Notes under the pieces: model-generated
What the model was told of the DNA's origin: nothing
What the model saw: only the letters and a program-made list of their open reading frames with translations
The model's database searches: none
Part shown: piece after piece, positions 36,070 to 47,868 of the stretch
How positions within the stretch are numbered: position 1 is the stretch's first letter
Layout of the letters: every line of letters begins with the position of its first letter
NCBI RefSeq assembly: GCF_006345805.1
Contig: NC_043006.1
Coordinates: 101,990,001-102,054,000, forward strand
Source: Octopus sinensis
Lineage: Eukaryota
Direction of reading: 5' to 3'
DNA length: 64,000 nucleotides
Program-made: the position numbers and the translations under genes

Positions 36070-38316
36070 GACAGAATACTTAAGATTAGAATAGTGCTTC
36101 ATAATAGATTAGCAACCATTATATCGGCCTATGCCCCTCAGCCAGGGCTACCCGATGGACAGAAAGACAGTTTCTATGACACCCTACTGCAGACCACCTC
36201 ATTGACGAACGACAGGGACCTTCTCTTTGTGGCTGGTGATTTCAATGGGCATGTTGGACGACATGCTGGGGGCTTCCATGGCGTACATGGAGGCTGCGGT
36301 TATGGTTCCCGCAACGAGGAGGGAACCAGGCTGTTGGAGTTCTGCGATGCAAATGACCTTATGGTCTGCAATACCAACTTCAGGAAACCCACCTCTCACC
36401 TAGTCACCTACCGTTCTGGCAGACACACCAGCCAGATTGACTACATCCTTGCCAGAAAAAGGGAAAGATGGCTGCTTATAAATGCCAAAACCTTCCCAGG
36501 CGAAGAATGCACCCCACAACATAGACTGGTAGTTAGTGACTTTAGGATCAGGACTAAGAGGGCGACTAGAAGACGACCAACATGGAGAAGAAGGGTCTGG
36601 AAGCTAAAAGACCCTGCGAATGGACAGAGATTTAGAGATATGTTACTTGGAGCCTTTGACGAAGTGGAAGGGGGTATAGCTACGCATGGGGTAGAAGACA
36701 ACTGGACGTTTCTGAGGGACAACCTGCTGAAAGCCGCTGACCAGATCTGTGGCTGGTGCAAAGTCCCCTTAAGACCCAAAATAACGTGGTGGTGGAACAA
36801 TATTGTTGACAGGGCTATTAGACAAAAGAAACAGGCTTGGAAGGCCTGGAAGAACGGTGGTAGCAGGGAAGTGTATCAGACTGCCAGAAGGGAAGCTAGG
36901 AGACAGGTCTATCTAGCCAGAGGGGAGGCAGATAAAGAAAAATTTGCCAATGTCCTGCGCCGTGAGGATGAAAGACTTGAGGTATTTCGTGTTGCAAGAC
37001 AGTGTAGAAGAGAGAATCGTGATGTGGTAGGAGAGAAGTGTGTTCACATGGATGATGGTTCACTTGCGCTAAATGAGGATGCAAAGAGAGAGGCTTGGAG
37101 ACGCCACTATGAAAGGTTGCTGAATGAGGAAAATGAATGGGATAAAGAGAGTCTCCCGAATGTCGACCCAACAGAGGGACCAGCAATCCGAGTTAACAAT
37201 TCCTTAGTAGATAAGGCAATTAGAAGCATGAAAACAGGGAAAGCCCCAGGCCCATCAGGAATTACTGCAGAGATGCTCAAAATATCTGGTAGTGTCGGCT
37301 ATAGCTTAGTCACCCGTATAGTAAACCAGGTGATACACGAAGGCGTCATACCCAATGACTGGTGTAGCAGCATAATAGTCAACTGCTACAAAGGTAAAGG
37401 CGACGCCCTAGATACAAATAACTATAGGGGCATCAAGCTGCTGGATCAGGTAATGAAGGTTACGGAGAGGGTTATAGCCCAATTAATTAGAGAGAGAGTT
37501 AGCTTAGATGATATGCAGTTTGGGTTCGTGCCAGGGAAAAGTACTACTGATGCTATATTCCTGGTAAGACAGCTGCAGGAGAAATACCTAGCCAAAGATA
37601 AGCCTTTGTATCTGGCTTTTGTTGACTTGGAGAAAGCCTTTGACAGGGTCCCCCGATCTCTTATCTGGTGGTCAATGAGGAAACTAGGGATAGATGAATG
37701 GTTAGTGAGAGCTGTGCGAGCCATGTACAGAGATGCTGCTAGTAAGGTGAGGGTTGGCAACGAGTACAGTGAAGAATTCCGGGTAGAGGTTGGGGTCCAC
37801 CAAGGTTCAGTCCTCAGTCCCCTCCTATTTATCATAGTCCTCCAGGCAATAACGGAGGAATTCAAGACAGGATGCCCCTGGGAGCTCCTCTATGCTGATG
37901 ACCTTGCTCTAATTGCTGAGTCACTATCAGAACTGGAGGAGAAGTTTCAGGTGTGGAAACAAGGATTAGAATCGAAGGGCCTTAGAATCAACCTAGCCAA
38001 AACCAAAGTCCTAATAAGTAGGAAGGTGGACCAATCACAAACGACTTCAGGTAGATGGCCCTGCTCGATCTGTAAAAAAGGTGTAGGTAGAAACTCTATA
38101 AGGTGCACCAAGTGTAAGCTATGGACACATAAGAGGTGCAGCAATGTCAACGGAAGGCTAACTAAGAAAATAGTTTTTGTCTGTGGCAGATGCTCAGGAG
38201 CAATAAACACTGGAAATGTGCAGAGACCAACTTCTACCACATTCCAGGGAGACAAACTAGAAGTAGTTGATAGCTTCCGCTACCTAGGAGACCAAGTCAG
38301 TAGGTGGGTGTGCTGA
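36070..38316 (+). CDS. LINE ORF, part 1: partial APE endonuclease + reverse transcriptase + PHD finger (no start codon; ends just after a frameshift)
   Basis: Open frame from DRILKIR (36070); YADD at 37891-37902; frame lost at about 38300 in the SSGGGC linker. Confidence 0.9.
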   Translation, partial: DRILKIRIVLHNRLATIISAYAPQPGLPDGQKDSFYDTLLQTTSLTNDRDLLFVAGDFNGHVGRHAGGFHGVHGGCGYGSRNEEGTRLLEFCDANDLMVCNTNFRKPTSHLVTYRSGRHTSQIDYILARKRERWLLINAKTFPGEECTPQHRLVVSDFRIRTKRATRRRPTWRRRVWKLKDPANGQRFRDMLLGAFDEVEGGIATHGVEDNWTFLRDNLLKAADQICGWCKVPLRPKITWWWNNIVDRAIRQKKQAWKAWKNGGSREVYQTARREARRQVYLARGEADKEKFANVLRREDERLEVFRVARQCRRENRDVVGEKCVHMDDGSLALNEDAKREAWRRHYERLLNEENEWDKESLPNVDPTEGPAIRVNNSLVDKAIRSMKTGKAPGPSGITAEMLKISGSVGYSLVTRIVNQVIHEGVIPNDWCSSIIVNCYKGKGDALDTNNYRGIKLLDQVMKVTERVIAQLIRERVSLDDMQFGFVPGKSTTDAIFLVRQLQEKYLAKDKPLYLAFVDLEKAFDRVPRSLIWWSMRKLGIDEWLVRAVRAMYRDAASKVRVGNEYSEEFRVEVGVHQGSVLSPLLFIIVLQAITEEFKTGCPWELLYADDLALIAESLSELEEKFQVWKQGLESKGLRINLAKTKVLISRKVDQSQTTSGRWPCSICKKGVGRNSIRCTKCKLWTHKRCSNVNGRLTKKIVFVCGRCSGAINTGNVQRPTSTTFQGDKLEVVDSFRYLGDQVSRWVC
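38062..38193 (+). other. PHD-type zinc finger (C4HC3) embedded in the LINE ORF
   Basis: CSIC-x10-CTKC-KLWT-H-KR-C-x14-CGRC, the C4HC3 spacing with a W-x-H motif. Confidence 0.85.
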
Positions 38317-38839
38317 AAGTGTAACTGCTAGAGTAAGAATAGCCTGGGCAAAGTTTAGAGAGCTCTTACCCCTGCTGGTGACAAAAGGCCTCTCACTAAG
38401 AGTAAAAGGCAGACTATATGATGCGTGTGTACGTACAGCCATGCTACATGGTAGTGAAACATGGGCCGTGACTGCTGAGGATATGCGTAAGCTCGCAAAA
38501 AATGAAGCCAGTATGCTCCGATGGATGTGTAATGTCAGTGTTCATAATCGTCAGAGTGTAAGTACTTTGAGAGAAAAGTTGAACCTAAGAAGTGTCAGTT
38601 GTGGTGTGCAAGAGAGACGGCTGCGCTGGTATGGTCATGTGACGAGAATGGCTGAAGATAGTTGTGTGCAAAAGTGCTACACCCTTGCAGTTGAGGGAAC
38701 CTGTGGAAGAGGTAGACCCAGGAAAACCTGGGACGAGGTGGTGAAGCACGACCTTCGAACTTTAGGTCTCACCAAGGAAATGACTGAAGACCGAGTCCTA
38801 TGGAAGTGTGCTGTGCATGAGAGGACCCGGCAGGACTAG
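38303..38839 (+). CDS. LINE ORF, part 2: C-terminal region after an apparent 5-nt deletion
   Basis: GGCAESVTARVRIAWAKFRELLPLLVTKGLSLRVKGRLY...ERTRQD*; matches the paralogous copy at 34940-35480. Confidence 0.85.
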   Translation, partial: GGCAESVTARVRIAWAKFRELLPLLVTKGLSLRVKGRLYDACVRTAMLHGSETWAVTAEDMRKLAKNEASMLRWMCNVSVHNRQSVSTLREKLNLRSVSCGVQERRLRWYGHVTRMAEDSCVQKCYTLAVEGTCGRGRPRKTWDEVVKHDLRTLGLTKEMTEDRVLWKCAVHERTRQD

Positions 38840-40848
38840 TCAGGCCATATCCCGTGGCCCCTACCTGGGACGTAGTCGATCCACCTGTGCATACCTTCAT
38901 TCTTGTGACACTTGTGAAGACCTGCTGAGACAAGTGAAAATCAAAACAAATCAAAATAGATGAACATCAATGGAATTTGTATCTTTGTGGTACCAGTGCC
39001 GGTGGCACACAAGAATCCATCCGAACGTGGCCGTAGTCAGTACCGCATCACTGGCCATCGTGCTGTGGGCACATAACAAACACCATCCAATCGTGGCCGT
39101 TCGCCAGCCTCATCTAGCACCTGTGTCGGTGGCACACAAAAACACCATCCGAAGACCCGGCAAGACTAGTCAGGCCATAACCCATGGCCCCTACCTGGGA
39201 CGTAGTCAGTCCACCTGTGCATACCTTCCTCCTTGTGATACTTGTGAAGGCCTGTTGAGGCAAGTGAAAATCAAAATCAAATCAAAACAAATCAAAATAG
39301 ATGAACATCAATGGAATTTGTATCTTTGTGGTACCAGTGCCGGTGGCACACAAGAGAAAACCATCCGAAAGTGGCCGTAGCCAGTACCACATCGACTGGC
39401 CTCCGTGCTGTGGGCACATGACAAACACCATCCGATCGTGGCCGTTCGCCAGCCTCATCTAGCACCTGTGTCGGTGGCACATAAAAACACCATCCGAAGA
39501 CCCGGCAAGACTAGTCAGGCCATAACCCATGGCCCCTACCTGCGGCGTAGTCAGTCCACCTGTGCATACCTTCCTTCTTGTGACACTTGTGAAGACCTGT
39601 TGAGGCAAGTGAAAATCAAAACAAATCAAAATAGATGAACATCAATGGAATCTGTATCTTTGTAGTACCAGTGCCGGTGGCACACACTTTGTGGTACCAG
39701 TGCCGGTGGCACACAAGAAAGCCATCCGAACGTGGCCGTAGCCAGTTCCGCATCGACCGGCCTCCGTGCTGTGGGCACATAACAAACACCATCCGATCAT
39801 GGCCGTTCGCCAGCCTCATCTAGCACCTGTGTCGGTGGCACATAAAAACACCATCCGAAGACCCGGCAAGACTAGTCAGTCCACCTGTGCATACCTTCCT
39901 TCTTGTGACACTTGTGAAGACCTGTTGAGGCAAGTGAAAATCAAAATCAAATCAAAATAGATGAACATCAATGGAATTTGTATCTTTGTGGTACCAGTGC
40001 CTGTGGCACACAAGAATCCATCCGAACGTGGCCGTAGTCAGTACCGCATCGACTGGCCATCGTGCTGTGGGCACATAACAAACACCATCCGATCGTGGCC
40101 GTTCGCCAGCCTCATCTAGCACCTGTGTCGGTGGCACATAAAAACACCATCCGAAGACCCGCAAGACTAGTCAGGCCATATCCCATGGCCCCTACCTGGG
40201 ACGTAGTCAGTCCACCTGTGCATACCTTCCTCCTTGTGATACTTGTGAAGGCCTGTTGAGGCAAGTGAAAATCAAAACAAATCAAATCAAATCAAATCAA
40301 AACAAATCAAAATAGATGAACATTAATGGAATTGTATCTTTGTGGTACCAGTGCCGGTGGCACACAAGAAAAGCATCCGAACGTGGCCGTAGCCAGTACC
40401 GCACCGACTGGCCTCCGTGCTGTGGGCACGTAACAAACACCATCCGATCGTGGCCGTTCGCCAGCCTCATCTGGCACCTGTGTCGGTGGCACATAAAAAC
40501 ACCATCCGAAGACCCGGCAAGACTAGTCAGGCCATAACCTGTGGCCCCTACCTGGGACGTAGTCAGTCCACCTGTGCATACCTTCCTTCTTGTGACACTT
40601 GTGAAGACCTGTTGAGGCAAGTGAAAATCAAAACAAATCAAAATAGATGAACATCAATGGAATTTGTATCTTTGTGGTACCAGTGCCGGTGGCACGTGGC
40701 ACACAAGAAAACCATCCAAACGTGGCCGTAGCCAGTACCAGATCGACTGGCCTCCGTGCTGTGGGCACGTAACAAACACCATCCGATCGTGGCCGTTTGC
40801 CAGCCTCATCTGGCACCTGTGTCGGTGGCACATAAAAACACCATCCGA
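38824..40848 (+). repeat. Six tandem units of about 295-360 bp derived from the LINE ORF end and proximal 3' UTR
   Basis: Units start at GACCCG(G)CA(A/G)GACTAGTCAG near 38824, 39154, 39499, 39860, 40156 and 40511; each has an (AAATC)n tract and GGTGGCAC...CCATCCGA sub-repeats. Confidence 0.95.
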
Positions 40849-41266
40849 GCGTGGCCGTCTGCCAGCCTCGTCTGGCACCTGTGTCGGTGGCACATAGAAA
40901 ACACCATCCGAGCGTGGCCGTTTGCCAGCCTCGTCTGGCACCTGTGTCGGTGGCACATAAAATCACCCACTACACTCTCGGAGTGGTTGGCGTTAGGAAG
41001 GGCATCCAGCTGTAGAAACACTGCCAGATCTGACTGGACTGGTGCAGCTTTCGGGCTCCCCAGACCCCAGTTGAACCGTCCAACCCATGCTAGCATGGAA
41101 AGCGGACGTTAAATGATGATGATGATGATGATGATATATATATAATATTATGCCATTAAACACCTTCCAGAGTATGGCCGGATGGAAGGCATTTAATGGC
41201 ATAATATTATATATATATATATATATATATAATATTTTGTTATATTATATCATATTATATGATATA

Positions 41267-41315
<49 letters not shown>

Positions 41316-41391
41316 ATATAATATTATATATTATATGCTATATATTATATTACATTACATATTATATGCTATATATATATATATATTATCT

Positions 41392-41785
41392 TTTGCTTGT
41401 TTCATTCATTAGACTACAACTGTGCTGGTGCACAACCTTGAAGTGATTTTGTCAAACAAATCGATCCCAGGGTTTAATTTTTTTTTTTTAAGCCTAGTAC
41501 TTATTCTATTAGAATCTTTTGCCAAACCTCTAAGTTATGAGGACATAAACACATCAATACCAGTTGTCAAGCAGTGGCATAGGACAGACAAAGACACACA
41601 TACATAGATATATATTTGTGTATGTGTACAAAAAGCCTCTTTCTGTTTCCAGTTACCAAATCCACTCACAAGGTAACAGTCCAAAGCTATAGTAGAAGAC
41701 ACTTGCTCAAGGTGCTTTGCAGTGAGACTGAGACTTGAACCATGTGATTTGGGAGCAAGCTTCTTAGCACACAGCCATGCCTGTG
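41392..41785 (-). mobile_element. SINE S1 (diverged)
   Basis: Match to S1. Confidence 0.8.
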
Positions 41786-41849
41786 CATACACACACACAC
41801 ACATATATATATATATACATTGTAAGATGATAATATATTTATACATACA

Positions 41850-42160
41850 CATATGGCACGTAAAAAGCACCATCCATTCGTGGCTGTTGCCAGCCTCGCC
41901 TGGCCCCCGTGCCGGTGGCACGTAGCACCATCCGTTCGTGCACGTTTGCCAGCTCCGTCTGGCACCTGTGATGGTTGCACGTAAAAAGCACCCACTATGG
42001 AGTGGTTGGCGTTAGGAAGGGCATCCAGCCGTAGAAACACTGCCAGATCAGACTGGGCCTGATGCAGCCTTCTGGCTTCACAGACCCCAGTTGAACCGTC
42101 CAACCCATGCTAGCATGGAAAGTGGACGCTAAATGATGATGATGATGATGATGATGATGA
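41850..42160 (+). mobile_element. RTE 3' UTR/tail-only copy
   Basis: 66-bp-type sub-repeats plus tail and (GAT)n, flanked by (TA)n. Confidence 0.85.
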
Positions 42161-42836
42161 TATATATATATATAAACAGCACTTAGCTACTAAAAAAGTT
42201 ATCCATCCATCAATATGGTGTTGATCACTCAATTTCTAGTTCATTACTTTGCGTATACACAAACAGATACATATTTATGTGAATGTGTGTGTGTATGTAG
42301 ATGAACATGCACAACCTACACATGCATATGCATTATATTCATCATCTCTATGTGATCAAGATAAAGACACGTTGATTTTTGCCTTAATAATCTCTAGCAT
42401 TTTGAAGATGATTATCTAATGGAAGATAATGTAAAAATAATCAGATCCTCCATCAATCTTCCTTCATATGACAGGCTCTTTTTTTTTCTCCGAATTAGCT
42501 CAGGCTTCTCTTTCTAAGAAAATCATGACCCATTTTTGGATGATGAAGGAAATTATATATTGTCAGTTATTTAAAAATGAAGGATAATGCAAAACAAAAT
42601 CTGTATTTATTCTATGATACTCATTTTTATGATGTTTTTTCATTTTCTTTTTTATTTTACATTCGTTTATATACAGGCAAACACTCATGCACACACACAC
42701 ACACACACACATACTCTCTCTCTCTCTCTCTTTCTCCCTCTTCTCTTCCTCTTGCACATACATTCATCATTCACACATCTCTACAAAAATGCAAACATAC
42801 ATACATGTATTTTTGTGTATATATGCAAAAGTACAA

Positions 42837-42894
<58 letters not shown>

Positions 42895-43320
42895 TGGTAG
42901 ATACATAGATAAATAACAAAACAGGATATTGGAAATCTTTTGGTATTATTTATTCACCATTACATGTGTTTCATTTGCTGATAGGAATTACAAAGTTTTA
43001 CATGTTAGATAAACATGTAAGGAATTTATTAGAAATTCTTCAGATAATGAGGAATAGATGATACCAAACAATTTCCAATTACTTGTTTTGTTATACAATA
43101 ATTCTACAAATAATATTTCCATAATTCTCAATTTTAATATGTATTTTCAACTAACATACAGCAGCAACTGAGACTTGGATTGTAATAATGTGCCTCCAGA
43201 GGAAACAGCTATCTAGCTACACAATAGGTAAATAGATAGGTGTGTGTGTGTGCATGCGTGCGCACATGTATTCATTTGCGTTTCTGTCTATTTTCCATGC
43301 AAATATTGATTAGATGAATA

Positions 43321-44160
43321 TCATCATCATCATCATCATGTAATGTCTGTTATCCATGCTGGCATGGATTGGATGGTTTGCCTAGGTTGGCATGCTGGAA
43401 GGCTGCACCAGGCTCCAGTCTGATTTGACATGGTTTTTTACAGCTGGATGCCCTTCCTAACGCCAACTGCTTCAATTGTGTAATGGGGGCTTTTATGTGC
43501 CATTTGCATGACACTGCAATTTTGTTCAGCTTGATGGGTCTTCTTCTCAAGTATGACATAATGCCAAAGGTCTCAGTCATTGCCTCCATGAGGCCCAACA
43601 CTCGAAAAGAACTCAGCCACTTTCTCTCCATGAGGACCACTTGAAAGGAACTCAGCCATCTTACCTCTATGAAGCCCAACATTCAAAGATTGTTATTTTT
43701 AGGTGCCACCAGCACAGGTTCACTTGGTTTGATGGTTCCTCTTAAGCAGAGCACGTTGCCAAAGATCTTGGTCATTAGTCATTGCTTCTGTGAGGTTCAA
43801 AGTTCAAAGATCATGCTTCACCACCTCGTCCCATGCCTTCTTAGGTCTACTTCTGCCACAGGTTCTCTCAGTTAGAGATTGGCACTTCTTTACACAGCTG
43901 TCATCATCCATACACATCATATGACCATACCAGTGCAGTCTCTCTTGCACACAACATCTGATTCCTCTTATGCCTAACTGTTCTCTCAAGATGCTTACAC
44001 TCTGTCAAACATCCACACTGACATTGCACATCCAGCAAAGCACACTGGCTTCATTTCTCTCAAGCCTATGCATGTCCTCAGCTGTTAGAGCCCATGTTTC
44101 ACTGCCATGCAGCATAGCTGTTCACACACACTGGCATCAAACAATCTGCCTTTCACTCTG
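43321..44160 (-). mobile_element. RTE 3' fragment(s) with duplicated ORF end and a short triplicated motif at about 43580-43685
   Basis: GIRCCVQERLHWYGHM...GRSRPKKAWDEVVKHDL; tail with (CAT)n at 43321. Confidence 0.8.
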
Positions 44161-47100
44161 AGAGAGAAGCCTTTGTTGCCAGCAGGGTAGGAGCAGCAGG
44201 GTGGAAGCCCACCACATGAAGTGTACTTGTAATGGGTTTCAAATCTTGGCACAAGGCCAGAAGTTTTGGGAGCAGGAGTAAGTCAGCTACATCAACCTCA
44301 ATGCTCATCTTGTACTTATTTTATATTAACTCCAAAGGGATGAAACGTAAAGTCAAGCTCAAAAGAGTTTGGACTCAGAGTGTAAAGATAAATGAAATGC
44401 TGCTAATCATTTTGCCCAGTATGATAACGATTCTGCCAATTCACTGCCTTTGTGTGTACGTGTAATTAAAAATCCAACATTATCATATTTTTCATCACAT
44501 TGATTCTGCCCAAGAATTATGTAAGAGGTACATTTGTCAATGGAATGCTCAACCACTTACTGTATAATTAATAAGCAGGCAGTTCAGATAATTGAATAAC
44601 TAGAATCCTCATCAACCAAAGCTGATAGAAGCTCTATTTTACATATAAATGATATAAGACATCATAAGCACTAATTTAATATCTATTTATATATCTATAT
44701 CTATCTATACACATGCATGCATATATGCACACATATACACATGTGCACACATGTATAATCAAATAATGAAAGGCATATATATAAAATTATATGACAATAA
44801 ACAATAAGGATGCTTAAATTGAAATTATAATAATTATGTCATTGATTTGAAGATTTCATCATATGCAGGTCCTTTGACTTCATCATGCTAAAATGGATTA
44901 AGAAACTTAATGTTTGCAGACCTTGTCTGAAAAATTTCTGTTTATATATGTATATGTGTGTATACACACACATATAAAGAAATGTGTGTATATATACATG
45001 TATATGTGTATCTAATTTGTGTGTTTGTGTGTGTAAAATATAGTTAGAGGGAGAGGTGAGATATTAACAATTGAAATATACAATCATATATATATAGATA
45101 GATAGATATATAGATAGATAGATAGAGAGAGAGAGAGATAGAGGTATGTATGTAACACAGCTTGAGAGTGAGGGGAGATATGAACAATTGGAAGTTTTAA
45201 TCATTCTGTTGGTGCATTATTGATCAATAAGTTTATTAACTGATCAATAATTGATCAATCAATTCATTTGAAGTATTCAGTGAACAATACAAACAAAGAG
45301 ATATAAAAATTGAACAAGCCACAAGATATTGTTGAGGTTTAACTGCTGATGTCAGTTGTGTGGCTTCCATCCCAAAGCAGCAATTTGTATGTAGTTGTGT
45401 GTTAGTATAGATACAACTGCAATGATATATGTATACATGTCTGCTTTTATATTTCTGTACACATTTGTATATATGTCAGAGAGTAGTCATGAATACATGC
45501 TGCTTTACTTACACCTGCATCCTGAAAGTGAATAAATACAAGTGCACACATATATATGTGCATATTTTAAATATATTAAATTGAAATTCATACTGTACAG
45601 TGCCATACCTATAGAGACACAATTAGAAGGCTGTTTACATAAGAATTTAGTAGCAATTTCATTCAAACCCTTTATTAATGCATTACTGTGTTTTCAATAT
45701 AGAAACCATGAGGAATTAAAGAAAGAGGTCAACAAATTATTGCCTTTTATTTAAGAGATGAGAGATGTTCTTTTTTATCATATTTAAAAATCAATCATAA
45801 CCATTTATGTTTAAATAAAGTTTAAAAATTGTGTAATGTTAGTGTTCCAAGGGAAAACTGTTATAATATTTTAAGTTGGAGCTGCCTTCTTCCAAAGAAT
45901 TTAATGCTGTCAGAACTGATTATTGCTAACCATTAGTGCTGGATTAACCTGGTAGCAAGAGCAACACATGCATTTCTCATAGAGCCACCCCAATCCCTCA
46001 CCCTTCTGCAGTAATTACTATAACACTATATTAGCTTCAAATTTTATGAAAAACTGGGTGTTTATCGTTGATCCAATACACTTTAAATGATATACTTACA
46101 AGATTTCAATTCTGATTCAGTGATTCTGAACTTGCTTTATTTCTACCTTCAACTTTTATGAATGACTGGATGCTTAATGTTGATCCAACATTCGGAATAC
46201 TTCCGAGATTCATTACACTTAAAATTAAACAAATTACAGTAATCAAATTGAATTTGCCAATGGTAGATGGACACTCTCACTCCGTATTTTTCAGATGTTA
46301 ATTAATAGACTTGCTATTTTCTTCCTCTGTTTCGACAATAATTGAACTTGCTCATAAATAAGATCGGTTGAAAGAATCAGATTATTACTAGCATATTATA
46401 GACACTATAATGCAAACTATTCCCATTAAATTAAATCAGTATTTTTAATTAGGCAAGAAACATTATTGTGTACAATTTCTACTGTTTCACTAATGGAATA
46501 AGACTAAACATATTGCCATTAGCAAAACTGTAACACAAACAATAAGTTTTAATTAATGTAGACACATTTTCAATGTTGAGCACAAAAACAAATCTAAATT
46601 ATATTAGGGTTGTATTTCAGGAGAAACTATTTTTACATTATATTTCTCAGCATCTTAGTTGATTGAGTAACAATACCATATATTAGTGAACTCTCAGAGC
46701 ATTTCAATATTTTAGCTATCTTTAGGGTGGGTTTAAATGAAATCAGCATCCAGGGAGAAAGGGTCTACCCATTTAAATTTTCTGCATAATTTACTATACC
46801 TTATCTGTCATCTTTCCAGGGTCATCTTTCTAAATATCTCAAACACACACTGGCCAACTGGTAAATATCAAGCTTCAGGTGATATAATGAATAGTGGATC
46901 CTTGCGTTTACTTTAGGTTCACCTTCACCACCCCCCCAACCTTGCTGCTAATCTGATCTATATTCATAGGTTCTCCTTAAATTTAGCTGTGTAGGTAAGA
47001 AATTCACTTCCCAACCATGTGGTGTTAGGTTCACTTTGTGGGTCTTCTTCTATATCCACAAGCCAACCAAAGCTTTGTGAGTGGATTTAGTTGTAGGAAA

Positions 47101-47722
47101 CTCAAAGAAGTCCGTTGTGCGTGTGTATGACTTCATATTTCCTTTGTCTTGGCAACAGAATGAACATCCGGCTTGAGAAAGTCTACCTCAATGAATTCTA
47201 TATAGCCCTGTGGTTCTCATCCAGGGTCCATATGAGATTTTGTTGTTAAAATTTATGTGCAATAAACAGATTCGACAATACACAAAATATTTTAACTATT
47301 TTTTTATGCAACTCCTGATATCTAATTATAAAAAAATAATAGGATTTTTTAAAAATTGAATGGCTATGAGGATCCACCTGAGGAAAATAGAAATCACAGA
47401 GTTCCACAAGTAAAAGATCATTGGGAACCACAGATCTAACCCATGCAAGCACAAGAAAGTAGGTGCTAAAATGATGACGATGATGAATCAGCTGGCCACT
47501 GCAAACTTTTCATATAAATCTCAAGCCTGATTTTGACCATCCAATTCAGGAATTTTTATTCCCCTAGAAATCATAGTGCTAATTATTTAAAACTAGAAAA
47601 TATTTTCTCTTTTTCTTTGATAGCTATACAAAACACATTATATTGTTTAGATGGGTATATATATATATATACATATATATTTATACATATATATATATAT
47701 ATATATCTATATATATATATAT

Positions 47723-47771
<49 letters not shown>

Positions 47772-47776
47772 TATAT

Positions 47777-47868
<92 letters not shown>

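Larger units (their letters stand above)
36070..41137 (+). mobile_element. RTE-clade non-LTR retrotransposon (LINE), 5'-truncated within the endonuclease, with tandemly amplified 3' UTR and (GAT)n tail
   Basis: APE motifs (SAYAPQ, GDFNGHVG, QIDYIL), RT motifs (GKAPGPSG, NYRGIKLL, FVDLEKAFDRV, GVHQGSVLSPLLF, LLYADDL), RTE-type C-terminus (LHGSETW, RLRWYGHV, GRGRPRKTW). 3' end CCATGCTAGCATGG...(GAT)n; both ends lie in (TA)n. Confidence 0.95.

Noticed and set aside
39240-39270. Hammerhead in the RTE array (CUGUUGAG..GAAA)
   Set aside because: Core position 6 is not A, there is no stem II, and no stem I/III pairing; only a simple CACTTG/CAAGTG hairpin.
38824-40848. CRISPR-like or RT-associated spacer array
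   Set aside because: Units are whole near-identical repeats of LINE 3' UTR with no unique spacers and no cas genes; eukaryotic context.
38970-41112. Many 60-136-aa ORFs across the array
   Set aside because: Repeated products of the tandem units in both orientations; no domain signal.
22080-46860. Scattered micro-exon candidates (22080-22111 +, 24294-24338 -, 26982-27050 +, 28186-28230 +, about 31510-31590 +, 46820-46860 +)
   Set aside because: Splice-like motifs on both strands, inconsistent phases and no recognisable protein; expected by chance in AT-rich DNA.
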